Assembly: GCA_965227405.1 (NCBI GenBank)
Contig: OZ245758.1
Coordinates: forward strand, 4,203,267 to 4,267,266
Reading direction: 5' to 3'
Source: Polyangiales bacterium
GTDB taxonomy: Bacteria > Myxococcota_A > Polyangia > Polyangiales > Houyiibacteriaceae
DNA length: 64,000 nt
This document shows, piece by piece, positions 1 through 8,943 of this stretch. Position numbers and translations under genes: made by a program. The notes under the pieces are model-generated. The model saw only the letters and a list, made by a program, of their open reading frames with translations. It had not been told where the DNA came from and searched no databases. Within the stretch, counting starts at the first letter, position 1; every line of letters starts with the position of its first letter.

Positions 1-525
1 TTGGAGGCGACCGACGCGCTGGGGCTACGTCGGCCGGTGTTGGTCGGCCATTCGATGGGTGGAGTGGTGTCGACGATGGCGGCGACTCTTGCTCCCGAAC
101 GCTATGCGGGCGTCGCGCTCATCTCCTCGCCTGGACTTCGCGAGCATCGAGGGTTTCGCAACTTTCCTCGCAAGCGACTGAGCGCTCTGTTGAAAGTGCC
201 GGCTGCGCCCACACTCATGCGGTCGGCGCTCAAGAAGGGATTTGAAAAATCCGGCTTTCGGCACAGCACCCACGCAGAGATCGTCCATACGATTCACTGC
301 GTCGCAGCGACCGATATTCCGGCCCATGCACATCGTCTGCGCACGCTTCGGGTGCCGTTCTTTCACGCGTTCTGCGAAGACGATCCTCTGGTCGAAGTCG
401 CCATCACCCGCGAGACTGCCCAGACCTTAGGTGGTGTCGCGCACTGCTACGAATCGGGCGGACACAATCCGCAGAAGCACCATGCGATCGAGCTCGCTGC
501 GGCACTCTTGGAGTGGGTCAGCTGA
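1..525 (+). CDS. alpha/beta-fold hydrolase, C-terminal part (5' end lies outside the window)
   Basis: Frame is open from the window edge. Nucleophile-elbow motif GHSMGG lies near the start and a conserved His (GGHNP) near the C-terminus. Stop TGA at 523-525. Confidence 0.8.
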   Translation: MEATDALGLRRPVLVGHSMGGVVSTMAATLAPERYAGVALISSPGLREHRGFRNFPRKRLSALLKVPAAPTLMRSALKKGFEKSGFRHSTHAEIVHTIHCVAATDIPAHAHRLRTLRVPFFHAFCEDDPLVEVAITRETAQTLGGVAHCYESGGHNPQKHHAIELAAALLEWVS

Positions 526-1564
526 AGCGGCGTCGGACGAAGAGAACTCCGAGCAACGCGATCAGATAGCCCGCCGAGGACGGTCCACCGGCTGCACAGC
601 CACCGCCGCCTCCACAGTTGGGACACCAGATGTCCGGGTCTGCGCAAAGTCGCGGCGAGCCTTCTCCGCGCCGACAGAGATTGTGCAGAGCGCGATACAC
701 GTACCCAGCAATCTCGGTGCCGGGCTCGGTCGCGTCGTCCTCGACGGTGAGCTCAATGCAATCGCGACCCTCTTTGGTGTGCGGTTCAGGGCTACGACTG
801 ACCACTCCGACGATCTCTCCATCGCGCGTGAAGATCGGGGAGCCGCTGCTGCCAAAGATCACGTCGGCCTTGAATTGAAACGACTCCACTCCGTCGGAGT
901 AGAACGCCACGGCTTCGGCAGTGTCGTCGATTTTGATCGGCAGTCCGCCCGGATGCCCGATGACCGAGAGACGGTCACCAGAGCGCAGATCGTCGCTTCC
1001 ACGGCGGACAAAGGCTGGGCGATGCGGCGGTGAGACCGCACGATCAAGGCGAACGATGGCGTGGTCACGCAGGTAGCTGATCTCCACGATCTCGGTGCAT
1101 TGGTAGATGTCGTCCGCGGTAATGGGCTCCACGGAGCCTGCTGCCGGTCGGAAGAAGTCGAAGACGATGGCGAAATCGTCGCAGTACTCCTGCGTCGGAA
1201 TGCAGTGGGCCGCGGTCAGAAAGAGGTCGTCGTCGATGAGCGCGCCACTGCAGTTCATCAACACGGGCTCGTCCGGGAGCGGTTCTTCCTCGCAGTAGGG
1301 CAACCCGAACGACGCTTCGATCAGTTCGGAGAAGGGCAGGGTGCGGAGCGTTCCGCCGTCGACCAGTCGGCGGTCGACGATGCCACCCACACTTTCGCGC
1401 GCGATGTTCTGCAGCATCGGATCGGGATGGGCGTACACGTCGGTCCACGCCAACTCGTCCCAAATCTGAGCCTGTTCTGCACTTCCGACATCCTCTGTCG
1501 GGACCGCGCACGCCGACGCGATCAAGCCCACACAAACCAACACGCGAAGCATGCGCGCAAGCAT
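518..1564 (-). CDS. secreted trypsin-like (S1) serine protease with lipoprotein signal and MYXO-CTERM-like C-terminal anchor
   Basis: Catalytic motifs LTAAHC (His) and GSSGSP (Ser). Start moved to ATG 1564 because MLARMLRVLVCVGLIASAC is a signal peptide plus lipobox; the track start was 1705. The C-terminus CPNCGGGGGCAAGG...YLIALLGVLFVRRRFS is a Gly/Cys stretch, a hydrophobic helix and an Arg cluster. Confidence 0.8.
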   Translation of the reverse strand: MLARMLRVLVCVGLIASACAVPTEDVGSAEQAQIWDELAWTDVYAHPDPMLQNIARESVGGIVDRRLVDGGTLRTLPFSELIEASFGLPYCEEEPLPDEPVLMNCSGALIDDDLFLTAAHCIPTQEYCDDFAIVFDFFRPAAGSVEPITADDIYQCTEIVEISYLRDHAIVRLDRAVSPPHRPAFVRRGSDDLRSGDRLSVIGHPGGLPIKIDDTAEAVAFYSDGVESFQFKADVIFGSSGSPIFTRDGEIVGVVSRSPEPHTKEGRDCIELTVEDDATEPGTEIAGYVYRALHNLCRRGEGSPRLCADPDIWCPNCGGGGGCAAGGPSSAGYLIALLGVLFVRRRFS

Positions 1565-1769
1565 GCCACGGAGCAGCGAGGGGTGCGAAACGAGCCGCGA
1601 AGCGCGCTCAGACACCGGCTCTATGGGCGGCCTTGGCAACTTTTTTTTCTTTCGTTTTCCCGAGACCGAAAGGGGATTCAGCGCGTCGGACCTAGGAGAG
1701 GACACAACCCAAACCGCGAGTCACGAAAGCCGGTCTCGCAGCCACTTCATACGGAAAAGGAAGAGAACG

Positions 1770-3155
1770 ATGCGACGCTCCAATCACCTTCGATGGGCCT
1801 TGATGGCCAGCATGCTGGTCGGCTTTGTGGCCGAATCAGCGAGCGCCCAGGGGACGAATTGGGGTGTTTCCCCCCGCCCGACGTTTGCGCAAACCATCCA
1901 GCAAGTCGTGCGCATGCCGCAGGACCAAAACCTTCAGCGGATGGCTCAACAGCACGGTCTCAACGTGGTCAACGTCATGTGGGAAGACACGGGTCGCTTT
2001 GAAGGCAGCGCGGTGGGTCCGAATATCTCAGACCTTACGCTTCAGGTTCGCGAGAACCTGGCCAACGGTGGTGTCCGCACGCATCTCCTCCCTGTCATTC
2101 GCCACCCGAACTTCACCGACCGCACTGCAGACGTCCGCGCGAACAAGCTCTGGGTTCGCGTCGGCAATCATCGAAGTGGGGATCGCACGCACACCGTTCC
2201 CTTGAGCGAAGTGCTCGGCAACCTGCGCGCGTACTTGAGCGACCCAGGCAGTCTTCTCGGTGATGGTGATTTTCGTGCCGAGCGCGACACCCACTATCTC
2301 GTGAGTGCGCAGCACGTGTTCGTGCCGATTCAGGCGCAGGGTCAGGCGGAGTTCAATCCGGTCATCTACAACTACCAGAGCTCCGAGGGGAACCCGGCTG
2401 TGCTCACGCTTCTTGTGACCCGTCAGGGCACTAGTGCGACCGTGATTGAGAACCGGTCCGGTGATCAGAGCCTGCAGGGCTGGGGTCAGCAGCTCTTCTT
2501 CAACCACAACGGTCAGCGCACGGTGTTCACGGCTGAGCGTCGCAGCGCGGTTGAGCAGCGTATCCAGAACGGTCAGGCGACCAACCAGGACACAGGTGCA
2601 CTCGAAGAAGGTGCCGACATGATGATGATCATCCAGATCCCTCTGCGTCATCGTCCGACCCGTCGCTACGCGATGCCGATGATGGGCATGGCCGAAGAGT
2701 CCGCGGCGATGCCGAGCGTGCAGTCCCGTCGTCGCGCGGGTGGAGTCTCGGATGTGGAACAAGCTGTGATTGGTCACGGCGAGGACATGGGCCCGTTCCG
2801 CGAGATGGCCGGCATGCGCTTGCAGCGCGACCCGCGTTTCCCGGTGCGTGTGACCGTGCAGTTCTACCGAGCGACCAGCAACGGCGTGATTAGCGCTGCC
2901 GACATGGCCGACGTGAAGCGTCAGATCGACCGAGTGTACGAGGACGGTGACTTTGTCGGGTCGTTGGTTGTGCCCGAGACCGACCGGACTCGTCCGACCC
3001 AGTGGCGGCGCATTCGTCGTCGGTGGATCAACCAGTGGCGCCGCGAGGCTGCCAACAGTTCTGAGACGTCAGCTGCGTTGAGTGTGCCGAGCGTGGTTCC
3101 CACCCTGCCCAGCTTCACTCTGCTGCAAAAGCTGGCGTGGCTCTACTTTCGCTGA
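1770..3155 (+). CDS. secreted hypothetical protein
   Basis: ATG 1770 is preceded by AAGGAAGAG. The N-terminus MRRSNHLRWALMASMLVGFVAESASAQG looks like a signal peptide. I recognised no family motif. The track start 1551 would add a non-protein-like extension overlapping the divergent gene. Confidence 0.65.
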   Translation: MRRSNHLRWALMASMLVGFVAESASAQGTNWGVSPRPTFAQTIQQVVRMPQDQNLQRMAQQHGLNVVNVMWEDTGRFEGSAVGPNISDLTLQVRENLANGGVRTHLLPVIRHPNFTDRTADVRANKLWVRVGNHRSGDRTHTVPLSEVLGNLRAYLSDPGSLLGDGDFRAERDTHYLVSAQHVFVPIQAQGQAEFNPVIYNYQSSEGNPAVLTLLVTRQGTSATVIENRSGDQSLQGWGQQLFFNHNGQRTVFTAERRSAVEQRIQNGQATNQDTGALEEGADMMMIIQIPLRHRPTRRYAMPMMGMAEESAAMPSVQSRRRAGGVSDVEQAVIGHGEDMGPFREMAGMRLQRDPRFPVRVTVQFYRATSNGVISAADMADVKRQIDRVYEDGDFVGSLVVPETDRTRPTQWRRIRRRWINQWRREAANSSETSAALSVPSVVPTLPSFTLLQKLAWLYFR

Positions 3156-3497
3156 GGAACGACAACAAAGCGGAAGACATTTCAGTCCCTCCCATGACGG
3201 GCGTCTCAAACGAGGCGCCCGTCGCTAATTGTCCATGCCGGTCCGTGAAGCGGCTACGGACGTTGCGGGCGCGCAGCATTTCGCGGATCTGGAAGCATGG
3301 AAGTTCGGGAGTACGGAAGCTTAGGCGGGATACCGATCATTTTTTCGAAGTCGGTCAAGTGACCAAACCAGTCAAGGCCTTGATCGCTTGGCACGTCTTT
3401 CAGTCTTCGAAAAAATGATTGGTTTTCCACCCGGTCCATCCAGCAGGTCCGTTACACGCGTGCAACTCGCAGCCGTCGCAAACGTGGTTAGGGTGCG

Positions 3498-4145
3498 GTG
3501 ATGCAAGCGATCACGCATCCCACTGGTGTTACCGTTTTTGGTTCGTACTTGATCAAGAAGGATCCCGACCGGGCGCTCGTTCACTTTCGGGTGTCCAAGA
3601 CCCGTGATTCGGCGCGCGACGCGTTTGCGGCTGCTCGAGAAGCGGCAGAGGCCACGCGAATGGTGCTCGAGCCCTACCGCAAAGCGGGGGCGGATGTGCG
3701 GATGTCGTCTCTGACTCTTCGAACGTTGCACGATAGCTACCGCAAAGGCGCGATCATCACAGGGCAATGCGCGGTGATTCAGTTCAGCGTCGCGCTTGCT
3801 GAGATCGACGTGCTGGAGTCGGTTCTTACGCAGGTAGTTGAAGCAGGAGCAGACATCATCGATTCGGTCGACTTCCACACCACTGGAATGAAGGACGTAC
3901 GGGCTCAGGCCCGTCGAGGTGCATTCCAAGCAGCTCAAGCAAAAGCCAGCTTGTACGCGGAAGCAGCCGGTGTGCAGCTAGGGAGGGTGATGCACATCGA
4001 AGATGTGAACCCGCGTGTGTTGCGTCGAGGGCACGGTGAAGATCTCGACGTGAGCAACTTTGAGGGAGACGGCGAGGCGCCAAAGACTGGACCGGGAGCG
4101 ATCACGGTTGCCGCGGCCGTCCAAGCGACGTTTGCGCTGCTCTAG
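3498..4145 (+). CDS. SIMPL/DUF541-like protein
   Basis: 215 aa. Overall pattern resembles the SIMPL (BP26-like) family: N-terminal beta strands, helices rich in ARDAF/AAREAAE, and a C-terminal GxITVxAxV-type ending (GAITVAAAVQATF). No signal peptide is visible. Confidence 0.65.
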   Translation: MMQAITHPTGVTVFGSYLIKKDPDRALVHFRVSKTRDSARDAFAAAREAAEATRMVLEPYRKAGADVRMSSLTLRTLHDSYRKGAIITGQCAVIQFSVALAEIDVLESVLTQVVEAGADIIDSVDFHTTGMKDVRAQARRGAFQAAQAKASLYAEAAGVQLGRVMHIEDVNPRVLRRGHGEDLDVSNFEGDGEAPKTGPGAITVAAAVQATFALL

Positions 4146-4186
4146 TTGCATCGCCGACGTGAACCGCTTTGGCGTACTATCCACGC

Positions 4187-5530
4187 ATGGACGAAGCCAC
4201 GCTGCAGTCGCTTGAGACGGCGCTCGAGGCCGGACCCGACAACACTGCACTGCGCTCCGTTGTGGTGAAGGGGTGCTTGTCGTTGGGTGCGCCCGATCGT
4301 GCGCGTGAACATCTTGGAAACCCAGAGGGCTTTGATGCGGCGGTCCGCCTTGAACTAGCTGCTGCGTTTCTCGAAGCGCATGCACCGGAAACGTGCCTCC
4401 TTCTCGCCACCGACAACGTCGCCGAGTCCCTAATCTTGAAAGCACGCGCATTGGTTGCGTGTGGTCGTGCGGATGAAGCGAAGCCTGCCTACGAAGCCGC
4501 GATCGCCGCCAACGCCACGCTCGAAGACCCCGAACTTGCTCGTTCGCTTGCGGCGAAGGCGAAGGTTCGCGAGATCCAACGCGAAGGAGCGCCCGCGCTC
4601 AAAGTGATCAGCATCGATCGTGACGACACGAGTGCAGACGACGTTGACCGCCTCCTGCAACCAAGCGACACCCCTGTTACGTTCTCGGACGTCGGTGGGC
4701 TCGATGACGTCAAACGTCAGGTTCACAAACGAATCATTCTGCCTTTCCAAAAACCCTCGCTCTTTCAGCGGTTCAAGAAGCGAGTGGGAGGCGGGATCCT
4801 GATGTACGGCCCTCCTGGATGCGGAAAGACCTTACTCGCGCGAGCCACGGCGGGTGAATGCGAAGCGCAGTTCATCAACGTTGCGATCAGCGACGTGCTG
4901 GACATGTACATCGGCGAGTCGGAACGAAAGCTAGCCGCGCTCTTCGACAAAGCGCGCTCGAAGACGCCTGCCGTGATCTTCTTCGACGAACTCGAGGCTC
5001 TCGCTGCGCGTCGCCGTCACGCACGTAGTCAGGAAGCAAGCAAACTCGTCAGCGCTTTCCTCTCTCAAATGGACGGCTTCTCCCAAAACAACACCGGCAT
5101 TCTCATGTTGGCGGCGACCAACACGCCTTGGGCGATCGACCCCGCCTTTCGTCGGCCCGGCCGATTCGATCGGGTCCTCTTTGTGCCTCCTCCCGATCGC
5201 GCTGCCCGCGCAGCAATCCTTCAACTCCACCTGGCGGACCGCCCCAGTGATGGATCCGTCAAGATCGACAAAATCGCCAAGCGCACATCCGGGTTCTCCG
5301 GAGCCGATCTGGCGTTCCTAATTGAAACGGCAGCCGACGAAGCGATCGAAGCGTCACTCGAGACAAGCGCCGAGGTTCCGATCAGCCATGCCATGGTCGA
5401 ACGTGCGCTCGCCGATGTCTCTCCAACGACAGCGGAGTGGCTTTCCACAGCGCGCAACCACGCTCGGTACGCGGATGAAGGCGGCTACTACGGCGAAGTC
5501 CTAGCGTTCCTCGACAAGCACGCGCGATGA
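4187..5530 (+). CDS. AAA+ ATPase (classical Cdc48/FtsH-type clade) with TPR-like helical N-terminal region
   Basis: Walker A GPPGCGKT, Walker B VIFFDELE, second region of homology ATNTPWAIDPAFRRPGRFD. N-terminal ~150 aa are Ala/Leu-rich helical repeats. ATG 4187 preferred over TTG 4169. Confidence 0.85.
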   Translation: MDEATLQSLETALEAGPDNTALRSVVVKGCLSLGAPDRAREHLGNPEGFDAAVRLELAAAFLEAHAPETCLLLATDNVAESLILKARALVACGRADEAKPAYEAAIAANATLEDPELARSLAAKAKVREIQREGAPALKVISIDRDDTSADDVDRLLQPSDTPVTFSDVGGLDDVKRQVHKRIILPFQKPSLFQRFKKRVGGGILMYGPPGCGKTLLARATAGECEAQFINVAISDVLDMYIGESERKLAALFDKARSKTPAVIFFDELEALAARRRHARSQEASKLVSAFLSQMDGFSQNNTGILMLAATNTPWAIDPAFRRPGRFDRVLFVPPPDRAARAAILQLHLADRPSDGSVKIDKIAKRTSGFSGADLAFLIETAADEAIEASLETSAEVPISHAMVERALADVSPTTAEWLSTARNHARYADEGGYYGEVLAFLDKHAR

Positions 5531-5997
5531 CGTACCGAATCATCGACGAGCCCGCACCGAGCGGGCTGAACAACTACGCGGTCTCACCGATGGCGCCGCT
5601 CTTCTGCGTCATCATGTTCGGGTCGATCGTCATTTGGCCCTGGTTCGCGTTCAACTCATTCGCGATCGGAAGTGCAACACGACGCAAAGAGGTTGCGATG
5701 TGTGCGGTGGCCCTGTTCGGCGGGTTCGCGCTGACGCTCGGATTGGTGCTGATCTCCGAACATGTGCCCGAGTGGACTCATCCGTACTTGGCGTTGGTGT
5801 ACATCGCGTGGAAACTCGGCTTCGCGTACGCCGTGACAGCGTTGCAAGATCGTAGCTTCGAACTCTATGAGTACTACGGCGGCCGCGTTCGGAGCGGTTG
5901 GGCTGGCTTTGGCTTTGTGTTGCTGATCTACATCCTGATCCGCACCGCGGTTCCGTATTCCCAGCTGCCCGAGTGGGTTGCCGGAGGGTTGATGTGA
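5527..5997 (+). CDS. small integral membrane protein (about 4 TM helices)
   Basis: ATG 5527 overlaps the AAA stop (ATGA), indicating translational coupling. Four hydrophobic helices are visible in the translation. Confidence 0.7.
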   Translation: MTYRIIDEPAPSGLNNYAVSPMAPLFCVIMFGSIVIWPWFAFNSFAIGSATRRKEVAMCAVALFGGFALTLGLVLISEHVPEWTHPYLALVYIAWKLGFAYAVTALQDRSFELYEYYGGRVRSGWAGFGFVLLIYILIRTAVPYSQLPEWVAGGLM

Positions 5998-6005
5998 ACC
6001 CGCTC

Positions 6006-6917
6006 ATGGCAACACAGACCGCGGAGCGTTTCCTTCAGCTGGGCCTGCTTGATCAGGCGCTGTCGACCCTGCGCTCGGCTCTCTCCGAAGACCCTGAGTT
6101 TCCGGATGCGCACATTGTTCTTGCGCTGACGCTCTTGGACATGCGTCGCATTCATGCCGCGCTGCACGAAGCTCGAATCGGTGTGTCGCTCGACCCCGAC
6201 AACGACGCGGCGCATCGAATCCTTGCGCTCGTGCTGCAAGCGCATCGCAAGAACGACGAGGCAGAGCAGCATGCGCGCTTGGGTGTCGAACTGGGTCCGG
6301 AGATTCCGGAGAACCACCTGACGATGGCGATGCTGGCGCTGGATCGCAGTCATCGCGCTAAGGCACGAGAGCACGTCGATGTGGCGTTGCGTCTCGATCC
6401 AGAGCACGTGGGTGCGCGGACCATGTCTGCGGAGCTTCTGTTCGACGATGGCGATATGGCAGGCGCGACCCGCGAAGTTGAAGAGGCGTTGCGACTCGAG
6501 CCCGAGCACGCGCGAGCTCTGGTATTGCGCGGGAATATCTACCTGCGTGAAGGACGAGTCGACGACGCGCACGAACATGTTCGCTGGGTGCTCAACGCCA
6601 ACGGCATGCACGAGGGAGCGTTGCGTTTACTCGTGTCGATCAAAGCGAAGCGGAGTTGGTTGATGGGACTGTGGTGGCGATACGCCATGTTCCTCGCGCG
6701 GTTCAATGGCGTGAAACAGGTCAGCATTCTGCTTGCGCTTTACCTGGCGTTTCGCGTGGGTGCGCAGATGATTCAAGACAGCGGTCACTCGACGTTGGGT
6801 TTGGCGTATGCGATTGGGTGGCTCGTGTTTGTCGCGTACACGTGGTTTGGCGTGTCCTGGGTGAAGCGAGCGCTGGAGAAAGAAATGGGACCGGTGCAGC
6901 TGCGCGATGACTTCTGA
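6006..6917 (+). CDS. TPR-repeat protein with C-terminal transmembrane helices
   Basis: Several 34-aa TPR-like repeats (ALxLDPxxxxA pattern recurs about 5 times). The C-terminal ~90 aa carry 2-3 hydrophobic helices. Start is ATG 6006, or GTG 5994 which overlaps the previous stop. Confidence 0.75.
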   Translation: MATQTAERFLQLGLLDQALSTLRSALSEDPEFPDAHIVLALTLLDMRRIHAALHEARIGVSLDPDNDAAHRILALVLQAHRKNDEAEQHARLGVELGPEIPENHLTMAMLALDRSHRAKAREHVDVALRLDPEHVGARTMSAELLFDDGDMAGATREVEEALRLEPEHARALVLRGNIYLREGRVDDAHEHVRWVLNANGMHEGALRLLVSIKAKRSWLMGLWWRYAMFLARFNGVKQVSILLALYLAFRVGAQMIQDSGHSTLGLAYAIGWLVFVAYTWFGVSWVKRALEKEMGPVQLRDDF

Positions 6918-6994
6918 CGCGCTCATGTAGAACTGCGGAACCTTCCCGTCTTCCAGCCTTCCCGCACTTCCGGCTAAAATGACACCCCGAAAGC

Positions 6995-7294
6995 TCAGCC
7001 GTTTGAGTTGGTATGCGCACGCAACCAACCGATGAGCGGGGTCGCCGTCGCATAGCGTTCCTCAAGCAGACCGAGGAGTCCCTCCATTTGCTGGGGACTC
7101 AGCTGGGTGAAGTCAAACGTAGACCGCGGGCGCATCCGGTGCAGATGGCCGTTTTCGAGAAAGTCCTCCCAGCAATCCACGTCGCGTACGACTTCGGGTG
7201 AAACCCCGAGCTCACGAAGAGTCGGCCAGGTTTCCGCAAGCCAAGCTTCGGTCTTCTTGCGTGCTGGATCCGCCCGAGCGCGTCGAAAGCTCAT
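6995..7294 (-). CDS. hypothetical small cytoplasmic protein
   Basis: 99-aa ORF (ATG 7294), last gene of a same-strand run. No recognisable motif. Confidence 0.5.
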   Translation of the reverse strand: MSFRRARADPARKKTEAWLAETWPTLRELGVSPEVVRDVDCWEDFLENGHLHRMRPRSTFDFTQLSPQQMEGLLGLLEERYATATPLIGWLRAHTNSNG

Positions 7295-7361
7295 GACCAA
7301 GAACGTAAGTTGGTGTTACCAGCTCGCAACTTTGCGGGAGCGTGACTTTGGGAAATCCGGG

Positions 7362-7886
7362 TTAGCCCCGTTTACGTCGTCGTGGGTAGGGGCCGTTGAT
7401 GCTTCGCCAGATGTGGGGCGGGTCGTAGTCCGTCACTGCAATTTCGAAGTCCGGTGCCAGGGTTAACTTCTCGAGGCTCGCCCAGACGCTCGGCAAGCAT
7501 GCTGCGTGGATCGCCAAGTCGAGGAAGAGAGCAGAGATGGAGTGTAGGTCTGGGTACGTGGCGTCCCCGGCAATCGCATTCACGATGGCCTCCGCCTCTT
7601 CGACGAGTGGTTGAGCTTCGGGCCAGTTCTGCAGAGGGGTTGCGAACTCCGCGAACTGCCAGCCTGCGGCCAGCATGTCTCCGCTCGCACCGCGTCGAGG
7701 GTCGCTATCGCCAACAACACGAATACCGATGAAGAGGTGTGGTCGAAACGGCTCGAAGTCCAAGCCCAGCAGGTCGAGTTCGTACCCCGCCAACCTCTCC
7801 CCGTTTCGTTCGAGCACGCCGGTGAGTGCCTGACCAAATCGCTGACACCACGAGTTCTCGTCGAACGTTTCTGGGAGATGCGTCAT
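7362..7886 (-). CDS. hypothetical protein
   Basis: 174-aa ORF. Its ATG overlaps the stop of the upstream methyltransferase gene (ATGA at 7883-7886). Confidence 0.6.
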   Translation of the reverse strand: MTHLPETFDENSWCQRFGQALTGVLERNGERLAGYELDLLGLDFEPFRPHLFIGIRVVGDSDPRRGASGDMLAAGWQFAEFATPLQNWPEAQPLVEEAEAIVNAIAGDATYPDLHSISALFLDLAIHAACLPSVWASLEKLTLAPDFEIAVTDYDPPHIWRSINGPYPRRRKRG

Positions 7887-8473
7887 CGAATACCGACAGC
7901 CATCAGGGCGGTCATCGTTTCACCTTCTCGGCCCTTCAACGAAAACGCTGGCTCCAGCTTCTTCACGACCAAGCCCGCGGCTGCATGCGCCTTTTCGATT
8001 CGCTCGGGCTGAAACCCAAGCTCGTGGTCGTCACTGGCCTGCCAGTCCCATTGCACGAACACACCGCCCGAACGAAGCAACCTTGCGAGGCGCTTCAGCG
8101 CGCCTTCGTAGTCCTTCAGAAACGAACACACCGACGATGCGACGATCAGATCAAAGCTCCCTTCAGCGAGCTCTGCAGGCTGAAAGCTCGGGTCTTCGAT
8201 GTCCCCCACCAACGTGGTGATCGTCTGCGACTCCGGCTTCGCGTTCAGCACAGCCACCATCTTCGCCGACGCATCAAGCGCAACAACTTGATCGAAGCGC
8301 TCGGCGAGCTTGGTCGATAGGAGACCGGTACCGCACCCGAAGTCGAGAACGCGGTTCGTCTCCAAGCCCGCAAGTACGTCCTGAAGCGAAGCAAACGCTT
8401 GGTCCGCATACCAACGAACGTCGGCCTCGTCGTCCCACCCGTCCGCATAGTCATCCCAGCTCAGTTCGCTCAC
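7883..8473 (-). CDS. class I SAM-dependent methyltransferase
   Basis: Motif I VLDFGCGTGLLS, post-I acidic residue (VVALDAS), and a motif II-like FDLIVASSV. Confidence 0.8.
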   Translation of the reverse strand: MSELSWDDYADGWDDEADVRWYADQAFASLQDVLAGLETNRVLDFGCGTGLLSTKLAERFDQVVALDASAKMVAVLNAKPESQTITTLVGDIEDPSFQPAELAEGSFDLIVASSVCSFLKDYEGALKRLARLLRSGGVFVQWDWQASDDHELGFQPERIEKAHAAAGLVVKKLEPAFSLKGREGETMTALMAVGIR

Positions 8474-8506
8474 CCGCGCACGTTATCACGACGATCTACG
8501 CGCAAC

Positions 8507-8923
8507 TCAGTCCACATAGAACGTCACTGCAACTTCGAGCGGCTCATCATCCACTCCATCGGCACCAATTACTTCGACTCGGATCGCTTCGTCGGACGAT
8601 GCGAAGTGACTGCGCAATCGCTGCGCCCAAAACTCCGCGAAGAAAACGAGCTGCTCATCCTTCACACCCGTGACTCCGCGCCACTCCAACTCGTTGCGAA
8701 TGAAGCGACGATTGAAGTCCCGGTTGTAGCTTCTTCGCGCATCGGTTTCGGGATCGCTGCTGGAAATCGCTCGAAATGTCTGCGTGAGTTCCGCGACGCG
8801 CGCTTCAACTCGTTCCTCGCTCGGGTACGCATCATCGGAGTCCCAGAGCAAACAGCCAGCACGCCGTTGCAGCTTCCCGGGCACCATACCCTGCAGAAAC
8901 TCGAGCAGTTCGGTTGCATCCAT
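8507..8923 (-). CDS. hypothetical protein
   Basis: 138 aa from internal ATG 8923 (MDATELLEF...). Same strand and closely spaced with its neighbours. Confidence 0.55.
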   Translation of the reverse strand: MDATELLEFLQGMVPGKLQRRAGCLLWDSDDAYPSEERVEARVAELTQTFRAISSSDPETDARRSYNRDFNRRFIRNELEWRGVTGVKDEQLVFFAEFWAQRLRSHFASSDEAIRVEVIGADGVDDEPLEVAVTFYVD

Positions 8924-8943
8924 AGGGCAGGCAGTGTGCCTCG

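Noticed and set aside
1551-1769. Long N-terminal extensions in the ORF track. Affected ORFs are 1551-3155, 518-1705, 16563-17858, 48837-50441, 50348-51844, 55326-55976, 55655-58066, 33330-34004, 35719-36846, 34451-35011 and 19559-20305.
   Set aside because: The extensions are Arg/Ser/Pro-rich, overlap neighbouring genes and precede obvious signal peptides or family N-termini. Internal ATG or GTG starts give clean signal peptides, RBSs or stop-start coupling.
3137-3439. Track ORFs 3137-3418 (plus strand, 93 aa) and 3254-3439 (minus strand, 61 aa) in the intergenic gap
   Set aside because: They have no RBS, signal or motif, and they run through the 15-bp inverted repeat and palindromes. The region is better explained as structured non-coding DNA or RNA.
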